From contig CAWHVC010000003.1 in assembly GCA_963832745.1 (NCBI GenBank), positions 608,001 to 672,000 of the forward strand: a DNA stretch of 64,000 nucleotides, written 5' to 3'. The position numbers were made by a program, and so were the translations under genes. The stretch comes from Candidatus Bathyarchaeota archaeon (GTDB taxonomy: Archaea > Thermoproteota > Bathyarchaeia > Bathyarchaeales > Bathycorpusculaceae). Positions 61,317-64,000 of this stretch are shown one piece after another. Within the stretch, counting starts at the first letter, position 1. Every line of letters starts with the position of its first letter. The notes beneath the pieces were generated by a model, which worked only from the letters and a program-made list of their open reading frames with translations, searched no databases and was not told the DNA's origin.

Positions 61317-61718
61317 TTGTTTTTGAAGAAAATCAATGAGTTAATGCAAGAAGCAGATTGGAAAGTCGAGAAACATGTACCAGTTATTGAATGTGATGAG
61401 AATGTAGCTGCGAATGAACTTTTTGAAGTAAAAGCAGCTATTGGTAAAGAAGTTGCTCATCCAAACACGACTGAGCACCACATTAGCTGGATGGAAATTT
61501 ATTTTCTGCCCGAAGGCGAAAAGTTCCCATACTTGATTGCCCGAAATGAATTTGGTGCGCACGGAGCTTCAGCGCAAGGACCAAACACAAGCACAGTATA
61601 TACCAACCATTCAATGGCTTGCTGGATGAAAACTGGTAAACCTGGAACTTTGATGGCTGTTTCAATGTGTAACATCCACGGGTTATGGCAGTCAGCAAAA
61701 GAAATTAAAATAAAATAA
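61317..61718 (+). CDS. sor: Superoxide reductase (neelaredoxin-type)
   Basis: EKHVP, HPNTTEHHI.W, CNIHGLW iron-ligand motifs. Confidence 0.92.
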   Translation: MFLKKINELMQEADWKVEKHVPVIECDENVAANELFEVKAAIGKEVAHPNTTEHHISWMEIYFLPEGEKFPYLIARNEFGAHGASAQGPNTSTVYTNHSMACWMKTGKPGTLMAVSMCNIHGLWQSAKEIKIK

Positions 61719-61770
61719 TTCCCTTTTTTGAATTTTTGTGAATTTTAATTATAAAAAAAGACTGTTATGG

Positions 61771-62892
61771 TTATGCAGTCATCAACTTCTTTACTGCATC
61801 AACAAGTTTTTGGTTGTCTTTATCTGAGCGTACAGTAAGCCTGAAGTAGGTGGCGTCTAAACCCACGAAGGTACAGCAGTCACGAATCAGCATGCCCATT
61901 TTGGATAGTTCTTCCTTAAGTTTGGTTGAGGTAATTTTGCCGTTGGTGATTTTTACAAGCAAAAAATTAGTTTCTGAAGGGAACACTTGCAAGCCGGCGA
62001 TTTTGCTGAGTTGCTCCATGAACCGTGCACGTTCTTGTTTGATTGTGCGTTTAGTATTTTCTATAAACGCTTTGTCACTGAACGCTGCTAAAGTGGCGAA
62101 ACCTGCGAGGCTGTTTATGCTCCATGGCTGCCGTACGTCGAGGAGTTTGTTGATTAGGTTTTTTGCTGCAATGCCATACCCGAAGCGTATGCCCGGCATG
62201 CCGTAGAATTTGGTTACTGAACGGATAACGAAAAGGTTTTCGTACTGGTTTACGTAACCTGCCATTGTTCCTGTTTGTTCTTTGTCTGTGAATTCAATAT
62301 AGTTTTCGTCGATGCTGAAGATTACGTTTCTCTTTTGGCAGTACTCGACAAGATCAAGAATTTCCTTTACGCCATATAGTTTCCCTGAGGGGCTGTGAGG
62401 ATTGCATATGGAAACGATTTTTGTGTCAGACGTTATGGCATCCTTAATTTTCTGGTTCTCCATACTGAAATCGGAGGGTAGCTGGACATAGATTGTTTGT
62501 CCCCCTAAGCGTAAAGCTGCTTTTTCATATTCAGTAAATGAAGGCACTGGAACTACAGCGTTAAAGTTAGCTCTTGAAAAAATTTCTGTAATCATATAGA
62601 TGAGTTCGATTGAGCCGTTGCCCAAAATGATGTTATCAGCATCTACGCCTGGCTGGTTAACATAGTCGGCGATGCTTCTGCGGAGTTCAACAGGGTTTGG
62701 GTCAGGATAATACCTTATCAGTTTAGCGTTTTCTTTAACCGACTCAAGAGCTTTTGGTGAAGGCCCCAAATGGTTAATTGGTCCACTAAAATCAAGTGCT
62801 TCTTCGAGGGGAATATTATATTTTCTGGCGAAACCCCAAACGTCGCCGCCGTGGCTTACAAATCTGCGTTCTCTACACTCATTATTCGCCAA
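61771..62892 (-). CDS. cobD: L-threonine-O-3-phosphate decarboxylase (class I/II aminotransferase)
   Basis: HGGD, LDFS..IN..G, YPDP, GNGS.ELI, RSVTKFYGMPGIRFGY, IRDC..F.GL. Confidence 0.82.
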   Translation of the reverse strand: MANNECRERRFVSHGGDVWGFARKYNIPLEEALDFSGPINHLGPSPKALESVKENAKLIRYYPDPNPVELRRSIADYVNQPGVDADNIILGNGSIELIYMITEIFSRANFNAVVPVPSFTEYEKAALRLGGQTIYVQLPSDFSMENQKIKDAITSDTKIVSICNPHSPSGKLYGVKEILDLVEYCQKRNVIFSIDENYIEFTDKEQTGTMAGYVNQYENLFVIRSVTKFYGMPGIRFGYGIAAKNLINKLLDVRQPWSINSLAGFATLAAFSDKAFIENTKRTIKQERARFMEQLSKIAGLQVFPSETNFLLVKITNGKITSTKLKEELSKMGMLIRDCCTFVGLDATYFRLTVRSDKDNQKLVDAVKKLMTA

Positions 62893-63451
62893 CTTTTTTC
62901 TCCTCCATCAGACTTAAGATTTTTTTCTCTACTTGTAAATGTGCCTTGTAATGTGCATTGTAAAGGTTAACTACTTTGTATAGCCAGTAAATTACCCCAA
63001 AGCCCAACGTTACTATCGTAATTACAGTGTACATTTTTATGGGTATCGTCTGTGTCATAAACATTGGTTCAGGGAACGCTTGAGCAAGAAACTGTTCCTG
63101 TTCAGCTTCATGTGCAACTAAATCTTTAGACAACAAATAAGTAATAATGAAGACTGGAATAATCAGAATAATGGCTGCCGTCCAAATTGATGTATTCATT
63201 TCACGTGGATGCTTGGTTATTTTTGGCACAGTTTTGCCTTGACGCCGCAGGTAAGCTGCTATTTGCTCTTCGAGGGCTTCTTCTTTTTTGAAGTGATGGT
63301 TTCTGCCCTCTATTAAACGGTGAAACATGGGAAAAAATGCTAACCCGAAAGTGACAATGGCGCCTAAAAACCACATGGAAAACCAGACTTTGCGGTCGCC
63401 TTCCAGTGAAGTAAACGTTGGGTTTTCCATTTTAAGCATCAATTCATCCAT
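62882..63451 (-). CDS. Membrane protein (DUF4234-like)
   Basis: Two similar TM motifs, IVTFGLAFF and IVTLGFGVIYWLYK...YN.H. Confidence 0.65.
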   Translation of the reverse strand: MDELMLKMENPTFTSLEGDRKVWFSMWFLGAIVTFGLAFFPMFHRLIEGRNHHFKKEEALEEQIAAYLRRQGKTVPKITKHPREMNTSIWTAAIILIIPVFIITYLLSKDLVAHEAEQEQFLAQAFPEPMFMTQTIPIKMYTVITIVTLGFGVIYWLYKVVNLYNAHYKAHLQVEKKILSLMEEKKVGE

Positions 63452-63517
63452 GATTGTTTATGGCAATGGTGGAGTAGCCAAACTTTATAAGTTCTTCCAT
63501 CGAGCTTCAATAGTAAA

Positions 63518-64000
63518 ATGAGCTCCAAGCAAATGCTGATTTCCATCATCATTCCCCTTTACAATGAAGAGCGGACCATAGGCAATGTCATTGAACGTGT
63601 TCAAGCATCTATGGAGCAGACGGGCTTGAAATTCGAAATTATAGTTGCGGATGACCATTCATTTGACGCTTCACTGCAGGTAGCTAAAACTTACCCTGTT
63701 AGGGTGTACAGTTTAACTGCACATGTGGGTAAAGGCATGGGATTACGTGCAGGTTTTGCTAAAGCTAAAGGCGACATAATAGTAACTATCGATTCAGATG
63801 GTTCACACCGTCCCGAAGAGCTGCCAAGACTGCTTTATCCAATATTAAATGACAAAGCCGACTTAGTAATAGGCTCCCGTTACCTGCACCAGAAAAATGT
63901 TGCTGCCAAAAGGCTCAATGCTTTTGGCGTTAAACTCTTCAACCTTATAATTCAAATGTTCATAGGAGTTTATGTGACTGATTCCCAGTCTGGCTATCGT
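63518..64000 (+). CDS. Glycosyltransferase family 2 (Dpm1-like), partial
   Basis: Read by hand: ISIIIPLYNEE, VADDHS.D, GKG, IVTIDSDGSH.P, GSR. Runs off the right edge. Confidence 0.9.
   Translation, partial: MSSKQMLISIIIPLYNEERTIGNVIERVQASMEQTGLKFEIIVADDHSFDASLQVAKTYPVRVYSLTAHVGKGMGLRAGFAKAKGDIIVTIDSDGSHRPEELPRLLYPILNDKADLVIGSRYLHQKNVAAKRLNAFGVKLFNLIIQMFIGVYVTDSQSGYR

Overview
Archaeal chromosomal window, most likely from a TACK-group organism such as Bathyarchaeia. This is an inference from rps25e/rps26e/rps3ae/rps17e, an archaeal histone, Alba, thermosome, tetraether synthase and many membrane-anchored PQQ-like and Kelch beta-propellers. Housekeeping genes (translation, Tes, trpB2/trpY, pyrC, cofD, cobamide assembly, radical SAM enzymes) alternate with accessory surface-protein genes. 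Main discovery: a complete 3,065-bp IS6-like cargo transposon (7313-10377). It has bipartite terminal inverted repeats, an 8-bp target duplication CTGCATAG, a SWIM-finger DDE transposase, a divergent AbrB-like gene and 3 passenger ORFs. It has inserted into the dyad centre of an unannotated dispersed repeat (~55-70 bp core plus an upstream 16-bp motif). That repeat occurs five times in the window, always at a junction between core genes and accessory surface-protein genes. Five genes carry single-base frameshifts that look like sequencing errors. No rRNA, tRNA or CRISPR array was seen.
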